Assembly (NCBI GenBank): GCA_043228905.1
Contig: JBHGNT010000018.1
Span: forward strand, 7,440,001 to 7,504,000
Direction of reading: 5' to 3'
Origin: Azolla caroliniana
Lineage: Eukaryota > Plantae > Polypodiophyta
Length of the DNA stretch: 64,000 nucleotides
Shown: piece after piece, positions 45,228-57,300 of the stretch
Position numbering within the stretch: the stretch's first letter is position 1
How the letters are laid out: each line of letters opens with the position of its first letter
Notes under the pieces: generated by a model
Told to the model about the DNA's origin: nothing
Database searches by the model: none
What the model saw: the letters and a program-made list of their open reading frames with translations, nothing else
Position numbers and translations under genes: made by a program

Positions 45228-48200
45228 AGAGAAATCTGGAATATACATTACTTTCTTATAATAAAACATAAATGAAAATAATATTCTATGAATTACAATA
45301 GATGTTGAGATGGTTAAGAGCTCGACCCATATACCATAGGGTCATGGGTTCGAGTCTTGCCATCTCATGACAGATGTCGTGAAGAAAACCGGCCATAGGC
45401 GGATTCGGAGAGAAAGGCGTGTGAACCGGCTCTTACACGGATGGACGCGTAACTTGATATTTTGTACCCGATTCATAAACGGATCGGTGGGGGTGAAATA
45501 CGAGGCGGCACGCGTTTATCAGGGGATTGTGCGTATCTCTGTCAGACGGAGGGGAGGACAAGGAATAAAAGGGACTTGACAAGAGAAGAAAGATATCGCG
45601 CACAAGGAGGAGGAAGGAGGTTGCTGCAGAACGGAGGCCCGAGTTGTCTCTCTGCTGCTCTCGAATCGTCGCTCTCTGCGTGTGTCGGGAGGTCGCTACC
45701 TCTGCTTCGTGGACAGCCCGTGTGCTTCCAGCAGAGTCGCTCCCCTTACCCCCCCTTTTTTTTTGTTTCCTCGAGTCGGGTGACTGTCGTCGGTGTGCGT
45801 GAGTAGGGTCCCCGTGTCGGGTCTGTCGCCGCTTTGTCGGTTGTAATCTCTGTAACTATAATTAAGTGTTGTGTTCTGTCTCTCTCTTTCTCGCTTCTAC
45901 GTGTCAGTGAATCTTTCTCTCTCTCCGTCTCTCTCTCTCTCCGTCTCTCTCTCTCTCTCGCTCCTCGGTCCAAGACCCACGTGGTCCCGCCCCTTTCTAC
46001 ACGTACGCGCGTAACAACGCGACAACGGAAAGCTCGGCCACCAGGAAGAAGAGTGCCGAAAGAAGATGCGTGAATCAGCTTCCACAAGCCGACAATTCAT
46101 GAATTACGCACACAATTCCGACTACGAAGAGTATAGCGGAATGTACGGGAACAACTCCGACTACGAAGATCGTGGCGGAATGTATGCACGCAACTCCGAC
46201 CGTGGCGGAATGTTCATGATGAAACATAAAGCAAACTCTATGTCGGCCACTACCTCGACTAGTGCCCTCAATCCGGAGGACGTATGGTTTGTTGACTCCG
46301 GAGCCTCAAACCATATGACATCCCATAAAGAATGGTTTCTCGAACTTCGAGAGCCGGAGCGACCCGGTTATGTCGAAACCGGAGATGACACTACGCACCT
46401 GATTCGGCACATCGGCAATGTCTTGTTCGGCGAAAGAGGTAAGCAAACATACATTAAAAATGTCTTGCATGTTCCCACCATCACGAAGAATTTGGTCTCG
46501 GTCGGCCAAATGGTTGAGCAAGGGATGCAAGTACGATTCGATCAAGAAGGGTGCTTTATCAAAAGAGAAGGCCGAATCATCGCACGGCGGAAGAGGAGAG
46601 GGCCAGATGTTCATTCTCGATTCGCACGAGATGAAATCCGCCATGTTCGCGAAAAGCACGAAAGCCGACTCCGACATAGAGCTATGGCATAAGTGAATCG
46701 GCCACATCAATCTCAACAAACTCAAGGCAATGAAATCGAAAGGAGTCGTCATCGGACTCCCGACATTCAAAGAGAAGGATATTGAAGGTGTATGTGAAGC
46801 GTGCCAATTCGGCAAGCAACACCGACACCCATTTACAAAGGAGCGGAACGTGAGCAAAGGCGTACTCGACGTAATTCATTCCGATGTATGGGGTTCGGCT
46901 CAAACGGCGACATTCGGCGAATGCTGATATTACGTGCTCTTCTTCGATGACTTTTCTAGGTACACTTGGATCTATCCGATGCGGCAAAAGAGCGAAGTGT
47001 TCGGACACTTCCAAACATTCAAGAATGAAGTCGAGAAAGCCACGGGCCGACATGTACGTTGTCTTCGATCGGATGGCGATAAGGAGTACTTCTCGGATGA
47101 TTTCACAGCGTAATCTCCGAAAGGAAGGAATTCGGCGAGAATTCACTTGCCGACACACTCCGCAACAAAACGGAGTAGCCAAGCGCAAAATTCGGCACAT
47201 CCTCGAAGTAGCGCGGGCCATGATAAACGAGAAGCATATGCCCAAGTCATATTGCGCAGAAGCTGCAAATATGGTCGTCTACCTAATGAACCGATGCACA
47301 ACATCCGGCGTGCATGAGGTCACTCCGCACGAAAAATACTTCGGAAAGAAGTCGGACTTATCGCACATCCGGATATTCGGTGCGATAGCGTACGTGCACA
47401 TCCCCGACGAGAAGCGTCAAAAGCTTGACCCGAAGTCGGAAAACTGTATCCTCGTAGGATACTCATTGGAGCAAAATGGGTACAAGTGCTACAACCCCTC
47501 AACTCGAAAATCTCGAGTAAGTCGAGACGTCATTTTTGACGAGTCCGCATCCTAGTACACACTAGAAACAACTTCGCCTCCGCTCGACCCGGAATTTGCC
47601 GAACAAGAGATCGAGGATGAAGATCGCGCTACGCGCATGATCGAAGAAAGTCCGATCACGACCCGATTGAGCGGACCACAAGAGCCTTTAAGCGATCAAG
47701 GCACATCACAGCCTAGCCCGAAGATAGACAAAGGCAAGGAGAAAATGTCGGAATACGAAGACGATCGCTTCAACGATGATGAGTCGACTCACTCACTCAA
47801 CAGTGAGTTCGGCGGTTTCGAGGTACCAATCAGAGCTAAGAAAGCCCTCATCTCTGCAAATGAAAAGCTCCACCAATCAACTCGTGAAAAGAACTCCATA
47901 AGCCGATTCGGCTACAACGATTATATGGCGTACCATTACGCCTTTATGATGAAGGTAGCGACAGTACGGGAGCCGGAAACTTTTTCAGAAGCCGCGAAGG
48001 ACCCACGATGGATCGAAGCAATGAACGAGGAGATGCAGGCACTACGAAAGAACGAGACGTGGGATCTCGTTCCCACCTCACCACACAAAAAGGAGATCGG
48101 ATGCAGATGGATCTACAAGGTGAAGTATAACGCCGATGGCTCCGTAAACCGCTACAAAGCTCGACTCGTAGCGGAAGGATACGCTCAGACGCATGGCGTC

Positions 48201-50368
48201 GACTACGAAGAGACCTTTGCCCCGGTGGCAAAGATGACGACGGTGCGGATCGTAATTGTGATTGTCGCGGCGAAAGGGTGGCACCTCCATCAAATGGACG
48301 TCAAGAACGCCTTTCTACAAGGCGAATTAGAAGAGGAGGTGTACATGATCCAACCACCCGGCTTCAACTCGAGCACCCATCCGAAAGTTGTTTGCCGACT
48401 CAAGAAGCCACTCTACGGCCTCAAGCAAGCACCGCGTGCTTGGCATTCGAAGATAACGCAATATCTTCATCAAATCGGCTTCCGTATGTCAAAATCGGAC
48501 AACTCCCTCTACATACGAAGCGATTCTACAAGTCCAATCATCATCATCTTATATGTGGATAACCTAGTCATTGGAGGTGAGCATCTCATCGAAATCACTA
48601 AGGTCAAATCCCTCCTTTCCAACAAGTTCGAGATGACAGACATGAAGGAGCTCCACTACTTCCTCGGCATCGAGGTAATTCGGACTCTGGCCAGAATCAT
48701 GATCTCTCAACGGCACTACATCCTCAACTTGTTATACAAGTTCGGGATGGCTGAGTGCAAATCCGTGGCAACCCCGCTCGATCGTAATCTCAAACTAGAT
48801 GCGAACTCCGGCACCAAAGCGTGTGAGCCGACTCAATATCGACAACTCATCGGGAGTCTCATCTATCTCACGATCACTCGACCCGATCTCAGTTATCCGG
48901 TCGGTCTCCTTAGCCAATTCATGCAAACACCGTGTGATACTCACTTGGATTGCGCTAAGCGAGTTCTATGATATGTGAGCGGCACAATGGATTGCGGCAT
49001 CCTCTACAAGACCGCGATGCCAATACGACTCAAGGGCTACACAGATGCCGATTGGGCTAGCTACAAAGCCGATAGAAGATCAACCTCGGGATTTGTTTTC
49101 TCCCTCGGCAGCAGAGCAATATCCTGGAGTAGCAAGAAGTAGCCTACCGTCACTCTTTCGAGTACGGAGGCGGAATACAGGGGCGCAACCATAGCTGCGT
49201 GTGAAGTCGTATGGCTCAAGAGGATTTTGAAGGATCTGGGCGTACCCATCAAGGATCCGACTTCCCTTTACTACGACAACATGAGCAGTATCTATCTGGC
49301 TCGGAACCCGGTGTTCCACACGTGGACAAAGCACATCGAAGTGCACTATCACTTCATCCGAGAGCGCGTTCTAGCTGGCGATATCGACCTACAACCCATT
49401 AGCACCAATCTTCAAACGGACGACATCTTCACTAAAGCCTTAGGAGCCGACAAGCTATGGCAATTCATGACCGATCTCGGATTGACGCTCCCTGACCTGC
49501 CAAGCTTGAGGGGGAGTACTGAAGACATTATGCAATAACAAGTGAATTATGCAACCACGCAACGAAGCCGTGAAGAAAGACGCAAGCCGAAGCACAGACT
49601 TCGCAACTATGCACAACGCAAGCTGGAGCATGGATTCCGCAACTCCGCATAAAGCGAGTTGCCATGAGTCGACGCGGACTCCGAAACGCGAGTCGAAGCG
49701 CGGATTTCGGATACCGTTTGAAACCGACCCAACTTGAGCTTGAGGGGGTGTGTTGAGAATCAAGCTCAACTTGGTCTAGTGTGTGAACTCACCTTGAGAG
49801 TGAATAGACACTCCAACGGTCAAGAGTCACCATTAAGTCACCTCTTTGTATTCTAGCATTTAGTATGAGTCATAGAATCATATTCTATGACACATAACTT
49901 ATGAGCTTTCACATTCCCCATGCTCTATGAGCCTTGTAGTTAATGAAGAGAGATAAAGCACCCTCCTCCCACCTTGTATAGCGTTGAGTCTTTCTCCTTT
50001 GCTAATATACTTAACCTTGCGTATACTCTGTCTCTCTCTCTCTCTCTATCTCATACACATACACACACACACACACACAATTCACACCTATTCCGCTTCA
50101 CAAGAATCCATCTCTTGATTCTTTACACAAAGTTATGCTCACATAGCCTTTCTGAGGGATTAGACTTGCTCGACCTAAAGATGCACAAGTTGGCAAAGAA
50201 ATCCATGTTTTAATCTACATAATCTAGCTAATTCCCCCATGGACGATGACTAATCGCCAAGGATAACAATGTAATCAGTAATGTTAGTATTGAACCATCA
50301 ATAAAGGACCTTGAGGGAACAATACTCATAGGTATAAGAACAGAACCCAAAGTAAAATTATAAAATCA

Positions 50369-50443
50369 TGTTAAGAATTAGGTAGGTAATTAAGAGTTAA
50401 TTAGTACCTAATTATGTGATTAAGTTAAGCGGAAGATTATGTG

Positions 50444-50476
<33 letters not shown>

Positions 50477-50811
50477 TGAGAGAGAGAGAGAGATACTTAT
50501 GAACAACACAAGATGGGGGATGAGTAAGTATATTAAATTAGCTTCAACATCATCAAATACAAAAATACCTTCAATGAGGTATATATAGGTTTCATGTGCA
50601 AGGGTGCACATGTGCTAGGAGAATATAGGTACAACGTGTAAGTCCTATATTAAATGAGCATGGAGTGGTGGATCTACAATGTATCCCACTCAAGTACAAA
50701 ATCCTATTTAAGGCTTTATGGTCAACACACTAACTAGATTCTATCTACGTAACTACTAAGTTACATGGGTAGACTAACTAACTAAACTAAGTTGAGCTTG
50801 ATCTCTCAACA
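50369..50811 (-). mobile_element. Solo LTR (443 bp) of a copia family related to A/G
   Basis: Minus strand begins TGTTGAGAGATCAAGCTCAAC like the A/G LTRs, TATA CTATATAT, (CT)(CA)n tract, flanks aatca/aatcc. Confidence 0.8.
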
Positions 50812-50854
50812 AATCCTAATATAAAAATTGCATAATGCTTAATCATATACCATA

Positions 50855-52053
50855 GGAGTGTACTTTCAAACCCCAAGCTAAGTACCATTTGGCTCCAACT
50901 GTACTTTTACAGTCCAAACATATATTTTCTTTCTCGGAATGGTACTTAGCGCATAACAAATTATATGTGTGCAAGCATGGTGTAATGGTGGCATTCATAG
51001 CCTCAAGCTTGAATCCAAGGCCACAGAATAAACACCTTTAGTAACGAGACACAACATACACTATATTGGCACCAATGATATTTTATACCATAGAATATCA
51101 AAAAGGAAAAATATAAACCATTACCGTGATATAGTAATACTTGTAATTGTATTTTCCATGCAAGCGGGGTGCTCAACTACATCTAGACACGTAGTATCTA
51201 AACCTTTCTCTTTTAGACCCTTCATCAAACATGTTAGGTTCTCTGAACACGGCTTTAAGGCTGATAATTCTTCATCAATTTCAGAACGAGAATACCTCCA
51301 TGTCTCTAGATCTTTCTTCTGTGCTTCCAGATGAGTACCCATATTTGTGAGCTCCTTCTTCAACTCCTCTTTCAACACATTGTTTTTAGAATTTTGGATT
51401 GTTGATGCAATCCATTCGTGTGTATTCGACATAGATGTGAATTGTTTCTCTGTCGCCATCTCACCAAATGAAACTTCTTCCAAATCCGCATGCAATGCTT
51501 GCATTTTTGTTTGCATGGAAGTTATACAATGCAACAATCACTCTTCATGCTTTTCTATCATTGTGGCTCTTTGTTTTGTTATCTGTTGAATCAACACAGA
51601 TGTCCTAGCTGGGATTTCAGTATGAGAGGTACCCTCAGACTTCATGGTAGTGTTGGTACTTGAGGACCCTCTATAATGTGATGATCGATGATGAGCAAAA
51701 TCTTCCCAATCAACTTCAATGCCACCATGGAGTTCCCATGCAAATGCACGTGCAAAGATAGCTCCTACCTCATTGTTTAGGAGATGTTTCATATCATAAA
51801 CTTGTTCATATCATGACTTTAGTTCAATGATATAATCCTTCTCCAATTGAGTGAGGTGTAAACCTCTCCTTGTCTCGGGTTGTGATGAGCCCCAAGTTTT
51901 CATCTTCCACATGTCTAGGTCTTCATAAATGTCAGGTCATGCACGAAGGAAATATCCTCATCCTAATTTTGTACCTCGAGGATGTTTGTGTAAATCTTCT
52001 TGCCCTGAGTTGTTGAAAAATTCGACCTCCCTCTGGTGGGGCCTGGGGGTCAT
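50855..52053 (-). pseudogene. Two-exon pseudogene: unknown N-terminal domain + coiled coil + RING-type finger
   Basis: One frame 52053-51125 with a few stops, GT-AG intron 51124-51036, then in-phase CLFCGLGF..TPCLHTYNLLCAKYH..(frameshift)ICLDC..WYFSLGF. Confidence 0.7.
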
Positions 52054-52099
52054 CTTACTTTCTTTGATGGGGGTCTTGCAAACGAACACACCAGGTATG

Positions 52100-52460
52100 G
52101 GGAACACAGTGAGCACATGTCGTTGAAAGGCGTCAATGCAAAGATAACACAATGAGCAGAGAACACCTGGAGGTAGAGGGAACACGACCAACAGAGTAGA
52201 GGTCGATGCAAAAGGGGACACGGTGAGCAGAGAACACCTGAGACAGAGAACATGGCCAACAGAGCAAAGGTCGATGCAAAGGGGACACAGTAGAACACCT
52301 AAGAGAGAGAACGCAGCCAACAAAGAACACCTAGAGGATGCAGATGGATCTCGACAAGGAGAGTTTGCAGAGAATGCCTGAGAGAGAACGTGGCCAACTG
52401 AGAACACATGGAAGATGCAGATGGGTCTCGACGAGGAGAGTTTGCAAAGAACGTGGGTAA
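52100..52460. repeat. Degenerate short tandem repeats (gagcagagaacacctg / gtcgatgcaaagggg motifs)
   Basis: Motifs recur at roughly 60-70-bp spacing upstream of the RING pseudogene. Confidence 0.65.
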
Positions 52461-52566
52461 ACAACAAGCGTACGGTTGTTGTAGAGAGGACACGACGAGC
52501 AAGGATTTCATGGAGTTAGTAGAGTGAGCAGAGAACGTGGAGAAACCTATGTAGAAGGTGGAAGAG

Positions 52567-54079
52567 AGAGAAAGAAAGAAAGAAAGAAAGATGTATTAAC
52601 GTCTTCTAAGGCCAAATTTGGCCCATGAGACAATTGGTTTACAACAATAGAGTATTTATCCAGTCATCATAACTAAAATAAAATTAAGTAAAAAAAAAAT
52701 AGAACTTAAACTAAAAGAGTTCTAGTAGTGTACAATATGTAGTATACTCGAAAGTGACTATACACTAAGCCTAATTTTATTTCCACCCAAGCCTCTCGAA
52801 AAGAAGTGGGGGGTCAAAGGGTCTTGATGTGGGTTCCAATGTAGAGAGTGCCCTTGGCATCTAGGCGGTGTAGCTCACGTTCCCTTATTTTCAATATTGC
52901 TTCCACATCACGTTGAGTTGCTTTGAAACCCGGCACCCGAGGACGTCTGGTTCTTCTCTGGTTTTCTGCCTCATCAATGGAAAGGCCGAGTGGTGCAAGT
53001 GTGTCGGCATTCGTTGTCTCCTCAGGTTCCTGAAAAACTGCATTTGTTACATGTTCGTGATCATTAGCAACATTATTGTCAACATTTTGTAATTTATTCT
53101 CTCTGTGTTGTTTTAGCTCTAGAATGTATTTGCCTAATTTCTTTATATCTAGAGTATCTAATAGTTTGGGGAGGGTGGGAGACGGACCAAGTATGTCTTG
53201 GTATTTTGCCCTTATCTCGGCATAGGTTGGACACTTGCATGTAAAGTGGTACTCATCCTCTATCTCTATGTGACATAACCTACATATCCTTTCCTCCCTA
53301 GGGACTCCACTAGTACGGCCATTTTCAATCTCAAGTTGGTGAGATGATATTCTAAGTTGTCCAATGGCAACCCTTAGTGCATGTGGTAAGAATACATCTA
53401 GATATTTTGGCCACGTGATAAAACCTAACTCAGAGAAGTGCATGAAGTGTTTCTTATAGTACGACATTTTAGATGGGAGTGGCTCTAGTGGGGTGATCCA
53501 TTTACACCGAGTGTAAATTTGGCGTATTTCTTGGCGTATTACTTTATTGCGGTTCTCATGAGAGATTAAGGTGTTATCACTCGTGTGGTTGTACCTAAGG
53601 GGAGGTAGGTTATTAATGTCTAGACCATTCGCAAGAAGCCAAGTCACCATCATGCCATACCATGAGCTAGTATAGCCGGACTCATACAATGATCGAGAGG
53701 CCTTAAAGGCTTGATGAGATATTCTATCATGTGGTTGGCTATGTATCCTATCAATAAAGACTACAAGTTGAAAAATTGCCTCTACTAGCATTGGGGGTAA
53801 CGTGAACTCGGCCCTAATAATGTCATGTGGTACAGTCGATTTGCTTCGGAGTTGGCGTGATAGCATCATCACCAATGGTCTCTCTAATTGCGTCCACATG
53901 AAGGATGGTAATCCTGGAGCCCAAACCGCTGATGCATACATGAGGGAGGGGGTCACTAATGAGTCAAAGAGCCACCCTTTAGTCCGTGGCTCTTGAAAGT
54001 GTGCTTGGTGGCATTGTCTCTCTAGGAGTGAGAGGGATGCATGTCCTCTCGTGAGTCTATCCTTCGTTGCCTGTGTCAT
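52567..54079 (-). mobile_element. 5'-truncated LINE, young (about 420 open codons of ORF2 C-terminus, 3' UTR, stem-loop, (TCTT)n tail)
   Basis: PSLMYASAVWAP, LRISSHQLEIENGR..RICRLC..EDEYHFTCKCPTY, stop at 52814, ggccaaatttggcc hairpin 52610-52623, tail 52567-52590. Confidence 0.88.
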
Positions 54080-54081
54080 CA

Positions 54082-54252
54082 AGGGGGGGGGGAGGGAGGG
54101 AGGGAGGGAGGTATAAACATAGGGAATCAGCGAGTAGAAGGGGGAAGGAAAGAGTGAGAGAGAGAGAGGGAGGGGGTACGAACCTAGGGAATCACCGAAT
54201 GAAAGGGAGAGAGAGAGAGAGAGAGAGAGAAGGAGGGAGGGAGGGAGGGAGA
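54082..54252. repeat. (GGGA)n/(GA)n purine-rich simple repeats
   Basis: Directly visible, abutting the LINE 5' junction. Confidence 0.9.
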
Positions 54253-54335
54253 TACTGACAAACTTCATGATTGACTGACTACTTGAGATCTTGTATAGTT
54301 AAGACCTCCGTAAAACATTAGTTAGGATTGTGAAC

Positions 54336-57300
54336 TGTTGAGAGACAAGCTCAACATTGGCCGGATCGGCTGAAGAAGCCGAGGACCGGATCGGTTGGGA
54401 CCGATCGGTTAAGCCGAGTGCGTAAACTGGGAGGTCGTTAGGAAAGATATTCCGTGAGGAATATATTTGGGAGTTACTGTAGGAGCTCTTGATGAGCATT
54501 GAAGTACTGTCAGTACTTCGGTCAGTCCTTCTAGGACTTGTATAAAAGTGTTCACTGAGCACGTCTTATGTACAGACTGAGTATTATTGTTAAATATAGT
54601 TCTTGTGTTCTCTCTCACTCTCTCTGTCTCTCCCGCGTATACTGCGTAAGCTCAAGCTCTCCATTAAACCTGGGTTTTCTTCCTTCTGTTCGGTCTTCAT
54701 ACCTGCTTCTGCACGCTACTTTCTACATGGTATCAGAGCGCGAGGGTTGAGAACCTCTTTGCAGCCGACACAACTTGACGAAGAAGAACAAGAAGAACGA
54801 TGGATAGAGGCATGGAGAGCTCGCTTCCAACAGAGAAGCTCGACAGAACCAACTACGCGTCTTGGTCCTACAAGATGCACCAGTACCTGCTCGGGCTCGG
54901 CTACTGGAGTTATGTCGAAGGAGCTAATGACGCGGCACCCGAACCGACACACAGAGACTTCCCGTCGTGGGAGCAATCGGCGAGCAGGGTATTGTACTGT
55001 GTCGCGTCGTGTGTGGGCGAACAGCTATTGAGCTATGTTCGGGATGCAAAGACGCCGAAGGGTGCGTGGGAAAATCTAAAGAAGATTTTCGCCGCGAGCA
55101 CCACAGCCAAGAAGCTTCAGCTCCGACAGGAGTTGAGCAACCTACGACAACGCGACTTGTCGGTGGCGGACTATACCTCGAAGATCAAGGATATCTGCGA
55201 CTCCCTCGCCTCCATAGAGGTGAACATCGAGGAGAGCGAGATGGTCCAGATCTGTCTCGGAGGTTTGGCGTCGAAGTTCGGAGCGTTCCGAACTGCTGTG
55301 TGTACCCGGGAGAATACGACGTCCTTCTTTGACTTACAGTCAATGCTCCTGGTAGAGGAGAACCACGCAGGTGCGTCTACAAGCACGCACACCGACAGCA
55401 GAATGTTGTACACGGAGGGAGATAGGCCCCGTGGACGTGGAGGACGAGGCGAGTCGGCGCGCAATGGGGGCGGCCGACGAGATCAAGGAAGAAGGCACTG
55501 AAGTGATGCCGACAGCAACTCCGGACCCTCCGGAAACAAGGGGAGTCGAAGCGATGAGAACCGGCAAGGGAAGGCCATCATAGAGTGCTAGTACTGTGGC
55601 AAGAAAGACCACAGGGAAAGTAAGTGCTAGAAGAAGCGCACCGATTCGGAGAGAACCGATTCCGGAAACGGCTCCGAACATACCGACAAGGGAAATCGGC
55701 AACGATCGCACTACGCCGAAGACTCCGGGAGAGCCAGAGAAGGGTCTATCTTCGTGACGAGACACGAAGTAAACTCAATGAAGCAGACCACCCCGAGATC
55801 GGACGAGGTGTGGTACATAGACTCCGGCGCATCAAACCACATGACAAGCCATAAGGAGTGGTTCTCGTACCTTGAAAAACCGATACAACTTGGAGTAGTC
55901 GCAACTGGAGACGACACTCCGCATCCGATCGCGAATGTCGGAGAAGTTCCCCTTAGCCATGTCGGGCAGAAAGGGAAACTCATGAACGTGTTGCACGTCC
56001 CAACAAGCACGAAAAACTTGGTCTCGATCGGACAGATCGTCGACCAAGGGATGGAGGTTCGGTTTACACACCTCGGGTGCTTCATTGAGGAAGAAGGCCA
56101 TGTGATTGTGCAAGGGCGCAGAGACGGGAGGATGTTCATCCTCGACTCCACTGACGGCGGCACCGCAATGTTCACAAAGGGAAGAAAAACCGAGTCGGAC
56201 ATCGACTTGTGGCATAAGCAGATAGGCCACGTCAACTACCAGCGGCTTCAAGATCTGCAAACGAAATAGGTAGTATTCGGATTGCCCAAATTTAGTGGCC
56301 GAAAGGCACAAATTTGTGAAGCCTGCCAGCTCGGGAAGCAACACCGACTTCCTTTCCCAAACGAGCGAAACCGGAGCCGGAATAAGCTCGACCTTATACA
56401 CTCCGATGTATGGGGGCCGGCACAAAATGTTAGTCTTGGCAGGAGCCGATATTTCGTCTCCTTCATCGACGACCACACGCGGCACACGTGGATCTACCTC
56501 ATTGAGAGGAAGAGCGAAGTCTTCAACTGTTTCCGGGACCTCAAAGGGTTCGTGGAAACGGAAACGGGACGTAAGATCCAGTGCCTGCGGTCTGATGGCG
56601 GGAAAGAGTACTTTTCTGGTCGATTCAACGGTTATCTACAACAAATGGGAATTCGACGCGAATTCAGTTGTAGATACACGCCGGAGCAGAACGGCGTGGC
56701 CGAGAGGAAGAATCGGTCGATTGTGGAAGCAGCACGGGCAATGCTAGAGGAGAAGAGCTTGCCCAAGCTCTACTGGGCCAAGGCGGTCAGGACCGCGGTA
56801 TACATCCAGAACCGGATCGGAGACAAAGTGTCGGCGCACCAGCTATATTTCGGAACGAAGCCGAACTAGCGACACTTGAGGGTGTTTGGTAGCATTGCGT
56901 ATGTGCATGTCCCGAAGGAGAAAAGGAGGAAGCTGGACGCAAAGGCCGAGAAGTGCATCTTGGTCGGTTACTCGGACGAGCTGAAGGGTTATAAGTGCTA
57001 TAACCCTCGCACCAAACAAGCGCGTGTCAGCCGCGACGTTGTGTTTGACGAATCCGCGTCCTGGTACCTGCCCCCGACTCGGAACCCTGACTCCAATCCG
57101 ATCTCTGACGATGAGGTCAGCGAGGCCGACATGCCTCCGGATGAGCCCGAAATCGAGACCCGCGAAGAGAGTCCGATTTCACTCCGGTTAAGTGGACCGA
57201 TTGGACGACTGAGTCGGTACGACCAGTCCGATGAAGATCCAGCGAGTAGTGGAGACTCAGCCGTGCATTCCCCGCGCAGGAAGCCGAGGAGACGGCTTAT

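Larger units (their letters stand above)
39718..45372 (-). mobile_element. Young Ty3/gypsy chromovirus I (Tcn1/Tf1-like), inserted at the PPT/U3 junction of H
   Basis: TSD gatgt. 425-bp LTRs 44948-45372 (5') and 39718-40142 (3'), about 4 differences. PPT AAGGGGGAGATAG at 40143-40155. No tRNA PBS. Confidence 0.97.
33365..46024 (+). mobile_element. Ty3/gypsy non-chromovirus element H (Phygy/Selgy-like), inserted in the gag zinc knuckle of G
   Basis: 4-bp TSD acgg (33361-33364/46025-46028). LTRs 33365-34012 and 45375-46024. tRNA-Trp PBS. PPT-like GGTGGGGGTGGA at 39703-39714. Confidence 0.93.
32043..50127 (+). mobile_element. Ty1/copia element G (full length, degenerate; same broad lineage as A/J); contains H and I
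   Basis: TSD caaag. LTRs 32043-32415 and 49751-50127. PBS-Met 32416-32427. Gag from 32562, resumes at 46029. Pol ends 49538. PPT 49740-49750. Confidence 0.95.

Noticed and set aside
46101-46215. Short peptide repeat (NSDYE..GMY) in G gag
   Set aside because: Local tandem duplication in a variable linker, which is ordinary for copia gag.
54080-54268. Signal-peptide-like N-terminus of the 484-aa ORF
   Set aside because: It is a translation of (CT)n/(CCCT)n simple repeats upstream of a 5'-truncated LINE.
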